A DNA stretch of 54,624 nucleotides from Sulfuritalea sp. (lineage in GTDB: Bacteria; Pseudomonadota; Gammaproteobacteria; Burkholderiales; Rhodocyclaceae). A program made the translations under genes and the position numbers. The stretch is from NCBI GenBank assembly GCA_022843505.1, contig JALHNN010000001.1:1-54624 (forward strand), given 5' to 3'. Positions 54,277 through 54,624 of this stretch are shown here, in pieces; the first letter of the stretch is position 1, and each line of letters begins with the position of its first letter. The notes under the pieces were generated by a model that did no database searches, was not told the DNA's origin, and saw only the letters and a list, made by a program, of their open reading frames with translations.

Positions 54277-54624
54277 CTACGCGATCCGAATAGCCCGCAT
54301 CGCGGACAACCTGGCCCGGTTGAGATAAAACGGGAAATACATGAAAAACGCGCTCGGGATTGGCCGCGCCGAGGCCCCGTCGTTCCATGTCAGCGTTTGC
54401 GCCCCCGACCACGAAGCTGCGTTGATGCTCGCCCTCAGGGCCTCCGCCGAATAATCAGTCCCGGAGACCGTGTTGTATGCCTGATAGACTGTGACGCTCT
54501 GGCTGGCTAATCCCCGGTCGGTAACATTGATTCTGATGCCGGCGAAACTCTGGTAGCCGCTGGCTGCGCCGGGGGTGATCGTGGGCTGCATCACGGGGCC
54601 GTTGTTTGTTGATCCGATGACCTG
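54277..54624 (-). CDS. Partial structural protein (runs off window end)
   Basis: Open frame to the window end. Confidence 0.5.
   Translation of the reverse strand, partial: QVIGSTNNGPVMQPTITPGAASGYQSFAGIRINVTDRGLASQSVTVYQAYNTVSGTDYSAEALRASINAASWSGAQTLTWNDGASARPIPSAFFMYFPFYLNRARLSAMRAIRIA

Noticed and set aside
1-54624. tRNA, rRNA or prophage att/integrase
   Set aside because: None recognisable by eye. tRNAscan and HMM searches would be needed to exclude them fully.

Overview
A 54.6-kb segment of a tailed dsDNA phage or prophage with podovirus-like DNA-ejection genes. The host is not determinable from sequence alone; the attC style suggests Verrucomicrobia/PVC, which is an inference. The minus strand carries tail/fibre genes, a GNAT, ejection proteins, the terminase and lysis-like genes (54.6-34 kb), then a portal, a scaffold-like protein and glycosyltransferases (5.4-0 kb). 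Between them are replication and recombination genes (SF2 helicase, DnaB-N/AAA helicase, annealing protein, PD-(D/E)XK nuclease, VRR-NUC), a putative AT-rich origin at ~22.3 kb and many small early genes. The main finding is two divergent arrays of integron-type gene cassettes (~6.7-11.7 kb and ~29.1-32.1 kb) with about 16 complete attC-like sites plus half-sites, and no integron integrase in the window. Every ORF lies antisense to the canonical attC polarity. Start codons mostly sit inside the cassette's own attC, and stop codons lie at or inside the neighbouring attC. Each cassette's R'' box is complementary to its own outer boundary R', and several do not match the R' of their linear attC, which is the signature of circular cassettes recombined at G|TT. 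A second notable feature is a 2.48-kb ISL3 element (8-bp TSD, 24-bp imperfect IRs) that carries phage-like passenger genes and splits a phage gene.
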